A stretch of 63,952 nt of DNA, the filler included, from Octopus bimaculoides (taxonomy: Eukaryota), in the NCBI RefSeq assembly GCF_001194135.2. It is 5 parts of 4 records of this genome, joined end to end, with 100 filler letters (N's around TTAATTAATTAA, not from the genome) between each part and the next. Parts side by side here need not be neighbours in the genome. Positions count along the whole stretch, not along the records: positions 33,803 to 52,151 come from NC_068984.1; 4 more parts are not named here. One strand, 5' to 3'. Position 1 is the first letter of the stretch, and each line of letters opens with the position of its first letter. The notes below the pieces were generated by a model, which was not told the origin of the DNA, searched no databases, and was given only the letters and a program-made list of their open reading frames with translations. Shown here piece by piece: positions 38,667-50,340 of the stretch. The translations under genes were made by a program, and so were the position numbers.

Positions 38667-39900
38667 TTACGGAGATGTACTTGCATAGCAAGCGACCTGA
38701 TCTGAGATCGTGTGCTGGAACGAAAACAATTGCAGCATGGAAGGTGTTTATAAGCCATTTAAGAAACACACAAAAACCATTAGATTCACTTCAACACTTA
38801 AATTTAATTTGCCAAAATATTTTCGTCGCTTTGAGACCGCGACCTGTTCACTGACAGAGCATGCATATCTGTGGTAAAATGGTAATTGTGGGATCGTTAT
38901 TAATTCTTCTATAATATTTTGCCCATTACACACACACATGCAAACACACTCACATACACACACAAACATATCTGTCCATAGAATCATACACATGTGCATA
39001 ACTGTGTCCCTGTGTGTTCGGACACAGATATAAATATATATCTGAACACACCCGCACACACATACACACGCACACACACAAATACGCACGTGCACACACA
39101 CATACATACACACGCGCGCATATACATGTGCACAAGTAAAATAACGTCCACATACTCGCGCACAAACACATGTACTTATATTAAGGAGGGGAAATTTATG
39201 ACCGGTGTAACTTACAATTTCCTTCAGGCTTCTTACGATTTTTTTCCCGATACGTACATAGCTTGTTCATCTGGTGGATTTGTCGATATTATATTTGCTA
39301 TTTTCAGTACACTGACATATTTATCATTTGCATGTTGATAAAATTCCGATGTAGTTTTTTTTATCCTTATATACATTATCTGTGTTCCACTATTCTTTGA
39401 GCTCTGCCGCGAGTGGTTTGACGTAAATGTTTGGATAGATTTGTTGCAGTTGACCTCCATACATTTAATCTGGTATTCTACATTCCTAGTTCTTTTAGAA
39501 TTCATTTTTTATACTATATTGGTGTTCCTGTTAAGAGGGCATGTCCTATCTGGATATGATCTAATGGAAATGTCTGATTTTTAGTTTCTTTAATCTTTAG
39601 TTTTGTGTCGATTACTGCTTTTCTAAATTTATGGGCTTGTTCACCTTAAAACATGACTCTTTGGAAATTGTTACTATCATACCACGGGCCTGCCTTACCA
39701 CCTGTTTTATTCTTTCTAACCTAATTTACAGTAGTTACAGTGGAGAAAAAATGTTCTCTTTTATGGTAAAAGCTTTAAAAAATACCATATCTGCCCAGTG
39801 CTGCCGCCTATCGGGTCTTTACTGTAAGAAAGAATTTCTTTCTCTATGATAACTACAGTGTGTTTGCCTTTAGAACTTGAAATATTACAAATGTATTTTA
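38667..39900 (-). mobile_element. PLE 3' end: decayed GIY-YIG region (39200-39900) plus terminal repeat (38667-38930)
   Basis: Minus SKRTRNVEYQIKC resembles a GIY-YIG first strand; the terminal repeat recurs at 42950 and 55425. Confidence 0.55.
38810..38856 (-). ncRNA. Variant type I hammerhead-like motif with G3:C8 core
   Basis: Minus: TGTCA-GTGAACA-G-GTCGC-GGTCTCAAA-GCGAC-GAAA-ATAT-TT-TGGCA. Confidence 0.6.
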
Positions 39901-40351
39901 ACTAACCTAAAGTTTGTTTATGCCTAAACATTGCTTGCACTGATACTGCAAATTTCTTCTGATCAGGCAGTGCTTTAGTTACAACTACGCTTGAAAAGCT
40001 GCCCCAGAATTACTTCTCTTTCCTATTTCCCATCGATGACAGCTAAAGAGCTAGAAACGCATCTGGGAATCCAATAAAGGGCAGCTATTGTATTTTTACA
40101 CCTTTAACCATAAAAGAGAATTTCTTCGCGATAATTGCAATGAATTTGCCTTAAGTAGTTGAAATGTGTCATAAACATATTTTAACTCACCTAAAGTTTG
40201 CATTTATAAATACACACACACACACACACACACACAAGTTGTCTGGACTAAATTTGACAGTTTGCATAAAAGGGAAAAGTTCTATATTTAAGAGATGAGG
40301 AATTATGTACATTATTTACATTCGACAAATATTTGACCGCATCTTGCTGTT

Positions 40352-40397
40352 AACACAACGTTTCGGCTGATATACCCTCCAGCCGTCTTCAGGTGTC
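40352..40397 (-). ncRNA. Minimal (dimer-type) type I hammerhead ribozyme
   Basis: Minus: GACAC-CTGAAGA-C-GGCTG-GAGGGTATAT-CAGCC-GAAAC-GTT-GTGTT; AACGTT palindrome in place of stem III. Confidence 0.7.
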
Positions 40398-40456
40398 TTG
40401 TGTTCGCATTCCTAAGGTATTTTTCGATGTTATTACTATTATTATTGTTGTTCAGG

Positions 40457-40518
40457 TCACTGCTTGGAATCGAACTCGGAATCATGGGTTAGTAGCCCAC
40501 GCTCTTAACCACTACGTC
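40457..40518 (-). promoter_or_regulatory. tRNA-like Pol III promoter (A/B boxes) in the PLE 3' UTR; inverted twin at 40822-40885 (+)
   Basis: Twin reads TGGCGTAGTGG…TGGG-CTACTAA-CCCA…GAGTTCGATTCC. Confidence 0.65.
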
Positions 40519-41279
40519 GTATGCCCGTGGGCATTTATGGAGTGAATTTTAGGGCTTATAAATCTAATATTTTTCTACTCTTCCTTAATACCGGTTCCCA
40601 TATACTGCTCATATCTGCACTCGGTCTGCTTAGGAGGTTGTTGTGTCCTAGCACATGTGCTGCTTCTTTTAGTTTTCGTATTTTCCAGTGGTGTTCTCTG
40701 TCTATTATTTTAACTTCATCCCACAGGGAGATACGAGCAGCATATGAGAACCGGTATTAAGGAAGGATAGAAAAATATTAGCTTTATAAGCCCCAAAATT
40801 CACTCCATAATTCACTCCATATGGCGTAGTGGTTAAGAGCGTGGGCTACTAACCCAATATTCCGAGTTCGATTCCAAGCAGTGACAATAATAATAACATC
40901 GAAAAATACCATAGGAATGAGAACCCAGGTTCGAAATTTCCCCAGTATATCAGCCGAAACATTGTGTTAACCACAAACAAGATGAGGACTAATATCCGTC
41001 GAATTTAAATAAAGGGAAAAGTATTTTTAAAAATCAAAAAACTATTAACTAGCATATATCTGCGAGACAACAGTTTACTGAAAGTAGCCACGCTCAGCTT
41101 CCACTACAGCCTCAAGACAGCTACGGAACCTGGCGCATGCGTTCCTCACTGTGAGGAATACTTCATTCATCATGGTCATCCGTATGGTGTTGTAGGCAGA
41201 ACGGTTGGTGTCTTTCTCAACTACACTCCATCGTAGGATTTAGGGAAATTTTCCGACAACCACTTCTGACTATTTCCAG

Positions 41280-41640
41280 AGGAGCCACAGTGCTAGGACA
41301 CAATAACCTCCTAAGTAGACCTAGTGCAGATATGAGTAGAATGTGGTAACCGGTATTAAGGAAGGATAAAAAGTTTTAAGTTTATAAGCGCTAAAATCCA
41401 CTCCATAATTGCCCACGGGTTTATAGGTTAATGGTTAAGAGCGTGGGGTACTAACTCCAAAATTCCGAGTTCAATTCCAGGCCTTGAATAAATAATAACA
41501 TCAGCAAAATTACCTTTTGAACCCAGGGTTGGATTCAAAATTCTACCAGGACACATTCAACAACAAGCAAGATGAGGACACATATCCGTCCAATGTACAG
41601 AATTCCGCATCTCTAAAATATAGAACAATATATATATAGT
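41280..41640 (+). mobile_element. Older copy of the 40290 PLE 3' end
   Basis: GTGCTAGGACACAATAACCTCCTAAG…GGTTAAGAGCGTGGG…GAGTTCAATTCC…CAAGATGAGGAC align with the 40290 family. Confidence 0.65.
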
Positions 41641-41889
41641 TTATAGAAAAACAAATCCGGAGAAGAAGCATACTCTAAGATTTAGATAATAATCCCTTTG
41701 TTTACATTCGTAACGAGGGCTTTCCCCCTTCATATTTTGAAGAGTTTTTAGGCCAACAGATTTTGGGGTCTGACGATACACCATAAAGTTAAACCCAGGG
41801 TAATCCCATAAACCAGCCTTCCCCAGTAAAATATATGTATACAAATGTGTGTATGTATATATATATATGTGTGTATGTTTATATATGTA

Positions 41890-41949
<60 letters not shown>

Positions 41950-41974
41950 TATGAAATAAATAAATATAAAGTAC

Positions 41975-42310
41975 ATCAAGTACAGGACATCATCAACGAG
42001 TGAAAATTACGTAGACACACGAGTGATAAGTACAGGACAAATATACAATAAGAACAGGACATCACCAACGAGTGAAAAATACGTGAACACATAATGTGAG
42101 ACACGTACGGGACAAATTATCAAAAGAAGTCTAACCCCTCCTCAGTTTTCGACTATTAATTACTACCTATTTCGAGCTTTCAACGACAATGTAGGAAAAC
42201 TTCAAAAACAGCAGCTTCCAGAAATTGTAAAAATATAAAATTTCTGGAGAGTTAGAGCTTCAAACGAACAAACAACGACAGAGTGGACGTACACAGTAAA
42301 CAATCGACGA
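41975..42310. repeat. Dispersed repeat of unknown class
   Basis: GTACAGGACATCA[CT]CAAC repeated internally and again at 63880; resembles the reverse complement of 19960-20160. Confidence 0.5.
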
Positions 42311-42949
42311 AGACAAACATTATGGGCCCTTAAGCCAAGACGCATTGTAATGGGTACCGCCTCGGAGAAATTTTGAAAGGATATAGAATAAATCCAAGAG
42401 AAGAAAATAGTAGAACAGAAAAAAGGGAAAAACGTTTGGAGGCGATAGAAAATTACGTCCAGCTAAGTACACATCGCATCCAGAAATTACAGAGGTGAGG
42501 AAAAAATGGCCTGTAGTCACATGGGAACAAACAGGCAGAGGAGAAGGGAGGCAAGTGTGAGGCTGGAGGAAAGAAACAAAAGGAGTGAGGAGAAGGGAGA
42601 AGAAACGAAAGACACGAAAGATACGAAGAAACGAAGGCAGAAGAAACGAAGAGGGGTGGAAGAAAGATTGACAGGAGACAGCAAAGAAGGAGGGGAGAGA
42701 CGGAAAATAAAGTGGATTGTAAAGGGGAAGAGAGAAAGAGAAAAAGATAAAGAAAGAAAGAAAGAAAGAAAGGAGGAAAGAAAAGAAGAAAGAAAGAAAG
42801 GAGGAAAGAAAGGAAGAAAGAAAGAAAGAAAGGAAACAGAAAGTAGAGTCGTAGAAATTATAAATAAAAAGTAAAAACTTACTGTGGACAAGGCTGCGTG
42901 GTGTTCGATTATAAATAAATAAATAAATATAAAATACATCAAGTACAGA

Positions 42950-43165
42950 TATATACTACGGAGATGTATTTGCATAGCAAGTGACTTGATCTGAGATCGT
43001 GTGCTGAAACAAAAACAATTGGAAGGTGTTTGTAAGTCATTCAAGAACAACACAAAAACCGTTAGTTTCTCTTTAACGTTTAAATTTTATTAGTGTCAAA
43101 ATATTTTCGTCGCTTTGAAACCGCGACCTGTTCACTGACAAAACTTCGTGCTGCATCTGAGAAAG
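42950..43165 (-). mobile_element. Solo terminal repeat of the 38667 PLE family
   Basis: TACGGAGATGTA.TTGCATAGCAAG.GAC.TGATCTGAGATCGTGTGCT shared with 38667. Confidence 0.75.
43094..43140 (-). ncRNA. Variant G3:C8 hammerhead-like motif, best-preserved copy
   Basis: Minus: TGTCA-GTGAACA-G-GTCGC-GGTTTCAAA-GCGAC-GAAA-ATAT-TT-TGACA; stems I and II fully Watson-Crick. Confidence 0.62.
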
Positions 43166-43208
43166 TAACAGTTAGTTCATGATATATATATATATATATA
43201 TATATCTG

Positions 43209-43249
<41 letters not shown>

Positions 43250-43669
43250 TGAGAGGAAAAGAGAGAGAGAGAGAGGGAGAGAAATAGACATACAGAAAAT
43301 GACAAAGAGCTTTCGAAAGTGTTTCACTGGTAATTAAAGCTGTAGGTATTTATTGGAGCCCATATAAGATTTGGTTTATGACTATAACAATTTTTAATAA
43401 CATTTCCACTTTCTTCTCTGCATGAATGTCAAATTATTTAGGCTTCACTTTTCACATACACATTTCTTTAAACATTAATTCGACAAAAGGCATAAAAATA
43501 TAGGAATGGCATACAATTTTATATTATATTTCCGAATTATCAAACGAAAGTAAATAATTACTGAACCGAGAATTGCATATTAATATAACTTGAAAGTTAC
43601 CTCCAGTGAACAAATAACTATTTTTGTATTATTATTTTTCTTTTATTATAGTTGTGTTTTGAAAACATT

Positions 43670-44000
43670 TTTAACTAATGCTTCCAGACGGTGACATTCA
43701 TAGTACAATCGCACCTAACCCTATTAGTACTAATATAACTACTACAAACTTTCTAGGCACACCTTTAAACTTAAAGACTGGTAAATATCACCTATACACG
43801 CAACAAAAATATTTGGATTTAAATGCGCCATTTAATAACGAGCAAGCTTCTATTATGTTATGCGCAAAGACTTTCCATAAATCCTTGAGAAAAATAATAT
43901 CAAGGTTTTATCACAGACAAGGTTACCGAAGCAATGAGAATCAGAAAAACAAATTCCACACACACACCCATAGAAATTATCCGAACACACCAAGTTAATG
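43670..44000 (+). mobile_element. Highly decayed PLE RT-thumb remnant
   Basis: TTNFLGTPLNLKTGKYHLY resembles NFLDVTLNLxTGKYxPY and the thumb of the 28220 ORF. Confidence 0.45.
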
Positions 44001-44379
44001 TAATTTCAGTATCATCATACCCAACAAAGATGCTTGTTTATAAATGATGCTGAACACTGGGAGAAACTATATCAGTTTGCAAAATTTCTCCTAAATCATA
44101 CTTTACCGTCTTAAGTAAAGCAAGTTACATTGGATAATATAATTCATATTTGTAAGTATGATGAGATGGTCACAACTGAAATGATTTTAATCACATGTCT
44201 GCACGATCAGAGCTTATCTGGTGTTATACAACACAACAACAACCTAATATAAAATTATGTTGAATTATCAATACATTCTACTTTTCCATAGCTGTAGAAA
44301 ATTAATGACCTCAAACATCATCAGATGAAGAAAACTTTAGTAGCCATTGCACAATATTACAATGACGTTAAACAATGCA

Positions 44380-45690
44380 CTTCAGAATTTGTTTCTGTGC
44401 CCATCAAACTCTTACTCTACAGAGATATACCATGATATTTGGAAGCATGCCTCAGTGTGCCCCTTTCCAAAGAAATGCAACACCTCCGACCCATCCAACT
44501 ATTATCATTTACTCTCACTTCCAACAACTTCAAGGTAATGACGACAGTATTAACAATATCTATCATTTTCTCTCATTTTCTACTCCTATATTACTCCTCA
44601 ATGAGATCTCAGTTGAGAAGAGTTTAGCAAAAATAATGTTTTTACCTTAAACATCAGCAATTCATTCGATTGTGTTTTGTATGCAAATCTACCAAACTTC
44701 CCGTTTACATGTTCCATCCATTTCTCATCTCTTGGATCGATAGTTTCCTATCAGATTGCACTACTGCAGCATGTGTTGGTGGAGTTCTTTCTGCTTTAGT
44801 CTCAATCAACTCAGGTGTTCCCACTGTTCGATTTTGTTCGCTACCCTTTTTCTTCAACTCATCAATTCCTTACTTTTAGTCACTTCCTAAAATACCCTTT
44901 TTTTCATGCTGGTAGTACGATCCTTCATTCTTCCTTAAATTTCCCTATCCCTGTATCATCCACAAGCAACCTAGACACCATATGCCAAATCTGCACTGAT
45001 CCCGTAAACAGAGACCTGATCTTGAACGCATCCACCAGTGGGATCATGTCAACCTTAAACACTACTCATATCAAGAAAAAGACTATCACATTTCCCTCTG
45101 TATTTATGGTACTCAGTCACAGCCTTCACAATTGCCTCAAATGCTGGGCCTTACTATCACTGATGATCTCTCCTGGCAAATTCGCATCCTTAGCTTAGTT
45201 TGGACTAGCATTCCTCTTTAGGGTCAGAAGATATTTCAGCCCCCAACAGTTGAGCAAGGTTCAAGCGAAGCCCACAGTCGAATACTGTTCCAACATCTGG
45301 GACGGTACTGCTGCAATGCATGCCAATTTCCTGGAAGGCCCTTCGCTGGATGCAACTAATTGGTACTGTATTACTAACGGGTACGGTGTAACCTTGTGCT
45401 GTCTCCGCAATCTTTTTTAAAGAAAATATTACCGGTACTATAGTGGCCTCTGTTCCTCGGAACCGACCGTTCTCACGCCTCTACTACTCATGCAGCCCAG
45501 CTCACCGTTTTCTACGCCTGTCAACAAGCTTAATATGTCCAGCTCTCTTAACCCCGCGATAGCCACTATTCTCAGTCCTTCACTCTCGGAATATAGGTCT
45601 TCTGGAATCTCATCCCCATTCATGATTTTCTTGTAGGTGTTGACTTCCAACAATTTTAACAGAACGTTAACAGCATCAATCTGTTCATGG
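44380..45690 (+). mobile_element. Decayed CR1/L2-group LINE reverse transcriptase
   Basis: WKHASVCPFPKKCNTSDPSNY, SINSGVP, and a C-terminal EYCSNIWDG-like segment; many frameshifts. Confidence 0.7.
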
Positions 45691-46079
45691 GACCTACCCC
45701 ATTCTACAAACTCAGCAAATTGAAAAAGAGGGAATTTAAATAAAAATAAAATATATCCAGAACCAGGGAATTACTTTGCCCCACCGTGACGCTATAGAAT
45801 TTAAATGCATCATCCAGTAAAGCCACAAATATCATATGCGAGCATTTCCTACACAATCACATTTAACACAAAATTGTCTATCAAAGTCGGTTATGGTTTA
45901 GGGACATAATTGCATTATCGCAATATATCTAGGATTCGAAAGATAATAACATGCTGGAACCCAACAACCGCAGAAGGAAGCGCCGCAAAAATACCATTTA
46001 GTTTGCTACCCCTTCTTCCTTATCACAATAACACCTGTAGGTAGACTTTTCCTTTAATTAATAGACAAGCATTTCACTA

Positions 46080-48350
46080 GCTCCCATAGGTACGAACCCA
46101 TTTTCAACAAGCACAACGTTTGAGCCTTGTTTAGTTGTTCTCCCAATTTTAAGAGCCTAGGAGTGCTAACTATAGCACTCCTAGATCACAGGAAGTAGCA
46201 GGTTGTTCATGCAGGGACCGCAACCGGCAAGAATGCCTGGTCTTGGGCTGATAATGCAGTGCTCCTGTCTATCTCTTTAGATTCCAATGAATAAAGCAAT
46301 TCCAAGACATTTCAAGTTTAAGTCAACTACTTCTCGTCGAAATTTGTCATACACTGACTCTTCACTAACGCTTTTCTTTTCTCAACAGAATGTTTCAACT
46401 GTACATTTCATAAAAAGCTGATTTACTTTGGCTTTTGGATATAATACATTGTGCATTGTCCTTTTTTTCCTGTTGTTTATTTTATGAATCTCTGTCTTTA
46501 TCCATTTCAGGATTCTAGAACTTAAGCTTATCACAAATACGGTTCCGGTGATCTTAACGGGAATCAAATTCCTTCCATAAAATTTTGACTTTGGCAAAAG
46601 TTTTTAACCAGAGTAGTTTTTTGTACAATTTCTTGATGATGTATTGTCTTGCAATATATCATCTAATTTCAGGATTCCTCAATACTTGTAGTCATCATCA
46701 CTTATGTCATTCAATCGTTCTCTAAATGATAATTCGATACAAGTTACATGGAATATTTTCTCTCGTTTCATATTAACTCCCATAAACTGCCTCAGCGATT
46801 CTTGTGTTTCAGATTTTGCTATTTCGTATGGTCCATAAGCTACAGGTAGTTTGAGGATGAGTTTGGAGTATCTTTGCCTAACCCTACTTTCACCTTTCTC
46901 AGGACTAGTGATATTGATATGAGAGTGGTGATAAAAAGTAACAGGGAAAAAAGTCGACAGATCGACCTGAAAATACTTCTCTTTGTGTCCTCATTGCCTA
47001 GTGATTTGTTACACGAGAACAGATTAGCTTGTCAATTATCCATTCTACATCTTACCAATTTCATTAAATTATTTGCAACAACAACTTCATAGATTCATGA
47101 ATCCACGAATGAGGCACCATATGAATTTTTTTAATCGGATTCCATCATATTGAAGACTTTCCGAGCTTTACAGACTTTCAGAAGAAGCTAGTACTACTTA
47201 TCAAGTGCTTAATATCCATACCCTGTACACAATGCTCCTTATGAGCTTGCATTTTGCTGTCTTCTCAGAAAGTATACCAGTGAGGTGCTTCTAAAACACG
47301 CTTAAACAAGGAGAAGGTTTGTAATTTCCCCCAAATCTTTCGTAGAGTTCTACAGAGTAAGAGTGAACTGCCCTTCATCCATTCAACTCGGTGCCTTCAC
47401 TCCAATCAACGAATTAAGATGTTCACAAAAATAGTATTCATTGAGTTAAAATTAATAACCGGTAATCCTGGATATCGTCTGAACCTGAACCTTTCCAGTT
47501 GGTAATTTTTTAACCAGGATACTGGTATTACTTTGAAATATTATCAATCCACTCAGTGCTTGCATTGAAATTCAGAGTAGTTTCCTACAAGTCGTCCCAG
47601 AAGGTCATTACTTCGTACGGTAGATGGCAAATGTTTAACGTCAAGCTCTGGGAAAATATCTTCTTTCGATTACTATCAGTCATTTCTGTTAAAAAATCTA
47701 TTCTCTGTGTATGTTATTTGAGATTCGTATTCTTTGTAATTAATTCGCGGTTCAGGTCTTCCACAGTAGTAGGTCAAATTTCTAAGCCGCCATTTTTTGT
47801 CCCGGCCTGTCTTTTTCATCTTCTCTTTTTCTTTATTCCTCTATGCCAACTATCAATTCTCTTAAAACTTAGCTTTCTATCCTTCGCATCAACTACAACT
47901 CTATAATGTTATTGTCTTTCCAATACTTTATAATCTATTCTCTCCTCTATCATGACTGCTATTGAACATGATTTGCAGTTTTGGCTTCTTTCCACAATTT
48001 GTACCCTTCGACAGTGTTGAGATTATCCAACAGAATTATGGTCTGTTTTATGCTTGCCGTTCGATATTATTAATTCCTCCCCATCTAAATTATTTAAACC
48101 AGCTTTTCTTCTTACTCTTCAGTATCCCTTTTTGATACCAGCCTGCACTTTATCTTCTTCCAACGAAATCGTATGTCTCTCAACAACGTCTCCACTTGAA
48201 CATGAATTCCTTTCATGGATTTGATTGTCTATTTGATAGAACTAATCTGTACATTTCAAGCAGTTTTAGGATAATTACTGTGTTCATCGTATGTGACAAT
48301 GAGAAATCTGCCAGGCTAGAGAGTTTCCTCATTGGTTCTAACTTTGTTCA
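46080..48350 (-). mobile_element. Decayed R4/Dong-clade LINE (RT region)
   Basis: Minus fragments NWKGSGSDDI (~47480), MVPHSWI (~47110), KYXG-like segment (~46680), GRNLI…ILKWIKTEI…TMHNVLYPKAKVNQL, and SAQDQAF (~46230). The 5' boundary is approximate. Confidence 0.75.
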
Positions 48351-49003
48351 TACCACTGTAGAATAAATTATCTTTTGATGCTTTCACTCATCAGAGAATC
48401 ATGAGTTTAAAGTTACACAACCACCGGTGTTTTTTTTATTGATTCGTTATATCTGGAGGATTGCCAGCTAAGGCTTAAGAGGCTCTCTTTTGGTGAGACG
48501 TACGTCATAATCTCAGGGTAATTATTATCTAGAAAATAGTCTAAGGGCGGCGAGTCCGTTGTTTTGTCTGACTTGGTCACTCTGCCCCTCATTTAACTGG
48601 ATAACCGTGTCGAGAAATTCGTTTCCGGGGGAAATTTTAAGGTTCCATGATTTTCCACAGGGTTACAATGTCGTGTATTTTGTAGAGTAACGTTTAAGAC
48701 AAGGAAGAAGATGGAAATATCAATATAGCAAAAGTTTAATATCGAACCACATTATGTAGAAATGATTGTGTGTGATTAATTACACAAGACCTGCACAAAT
48801 TTACCCATATTGAATAGGGAGGGGTGACACCTCATCACATACTTACCAGCCCGTTCTATTATACATGACGTATATGAAATCTAAAACTGTATACGGCATG
48901 TTAAAGCACTAAGTTCAAATTATTATATATTTTCCCCTCATATTATATTATTTTATGCTTAACTTGAAATTATATAACGTATAATTACTGCCTTCTCTTA
49001 CAG

Positions 49004-49597
49004 TATGTCGAAATATTATGGCTGATGTCTATTTTCTAATGGATTCTTCTTCGAGCATTCGAAAAACTGATTTCAGAAAGCAACTGCATATTTTAAGAAA
49101 AGTTATATCCAAATTTCAGATAGGATCTAACAAAACACGTGTTGCTGTATCCTTTTTTACTCACCAATTCCTTCCTGTATGGAAATTGAACGACTTACAA
49201 GATAAATCAGAGATTCTAAGACGTATTAGATCACTAAAGTACCTGGGAGGCGCCACAAAAACTGATTATGCTCTTTACAAAGTAAGAACACAAGGCTTTA
49301 TATGGCGAAATCAGCAAAATGCTTATCAAATTTTAATTGTATTTACCGACGGTCAGTCGCGTGATTACAAACGGACGAGATACGAGGCAAAATTATTGAA
49401 GCAAAGAGGAGTTAAGATATTCGTCGTTGGAATTGGTTCTTACGTTGATAAGGAAGAGCTGAATAGCATCGCAAGTACACCGTCTATAGAATATGTGCAT
49501 ACTTTTGATAGCTTTGACTCTTTATCAATGACCAGCGGAATTCTGAATGTAAAAGCGTGTTCAGCAGTGAGACAGATGTTTTTTAATGACCAAAATG
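49004..49597 (+). CDS. Internal coding exon: von Willebrand factor A domain (collagen VI/XII, matrilin-like ECM protein)
   Basis: Acceptor CTTCTCTTACAG|, donor |GTAAGT, 594 nt open, phase 1-1. CRNIMADVYFLMDSSSSI (MIDAS DxSxS)…GGATKT (T)…VFTDGQS (D)…VKIFVVGIG. Confidence 0.92.
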
Positions 49598-49999
49598 GTA
49601 AGTTTTTGCTTAAATGCATTTAATGAAATTTTTGTTTTGCAATATAATGAATATAATGTATGTATTATGTATGTTAGGAATGAAATTTGTACTTTTATTG
49701 TGAAGGGTCATATTTATATCTTGTAATTTCTATTAAAACTCTGCAAAACAAATTCATTGTAATTTATCAGTGTATATATATGTACTGAATGAACGAGTAC
49801 TGTTTTGTGCATTCAGTATGAATTGTTTAGGAGTTACAATTTACGGAGAATTCTAGATTGCCGAATTTTAAAACGGGCGTAATTAGATTCGAATTATATC
49901 CTTGTTTCTTTCCTTAATTAGTAGAAACGACTGATAAAGCATGTTTGTTGACTGCTAGTCACTAGCTGTTAATGATTATTACCTAACTAAATGCTTAAT

Positions 50000-50082
50000 G
50001 ACATACCACCAGGTCTGAGAATCAAACTCACGACCATATAATCGTGAGTCCAACACCTTAACCACTTGACCACGTACTTTCA
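50000..50082 (-). mobile_element. SINE family C-like tRNA head, decayed
   Basis: GAATCAAACTC…CACCTTAACCACTTGACCAC is the reverse complement of A/B boxes. Confidence 0.5.
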
Positions 50083-50094
50083 TATATATCCTCT

Positions 50095-50340
50095 AGGTCG
50101 GATTAGGCCAGGTATAGGAAGAAGTGCCATTGCAGAGCGTTGCTGCATTCACCATTTGTCGGTATATTCCTGGGTCCTCCCGGGCGACCCGTTGAGCAGA
50201 GTCCCAAGCTGTCCCCATCTCCACGAGATACCTCCTCATCTGTCGTTACCATGTGTCAAATGGTCGACCAACGCGAGATGCCAACCCAACCTGATCCGCA
50301 ATAATTACTCCAATATCCTCAAACAATAAACCACGAAGTC
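50095..50340 (-). mobile_element. Probable RTE-type LINE 3' fragment
   Basis: Minus IRLGWH…GNDR…W…G…GSPGR resembles the RTE C-terminal RLxWxGH…W…RGRP pattern. Confidence 0.45.

Larger units (their letters stand above)
40290..41015 (-). mobile_element. 5'-truncated PLE 3' end with inverted duplicate arm
   Basis: Minus 40726 onward reads LWDEVKIIDREHHWKIRKLKEAAHVLGHNNLLSRPSADMSSIWEPVLRK (GIY-YIG C-terminal tail); 40735-41015 mirrors ~40300-40610. Confidence 0.75.

Noticed and set aside
39832-40207. Diverged ~90-nt direct repeat (39832-39920 and 40119-40207)
   Set aside because: Real but unremarkable local duplication with no coding or structural signal.
40822-40885. Possible tRNA-Ser(ACT) gene
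   Set aside because: Acceptor stem is not formed and it is embedded in a multi-copy PLE end; treated as a tRNA-like promoter. SINE heads at 11930-12002 and 56000 are rejected as tRNAs for the same reasons.
49598-49623. ORF-track extension of the VWA ORF to a stop at 49623
   Set aside because: A strong GTAAGT donor at 49598 in matching phase indicates this is intron read-through.
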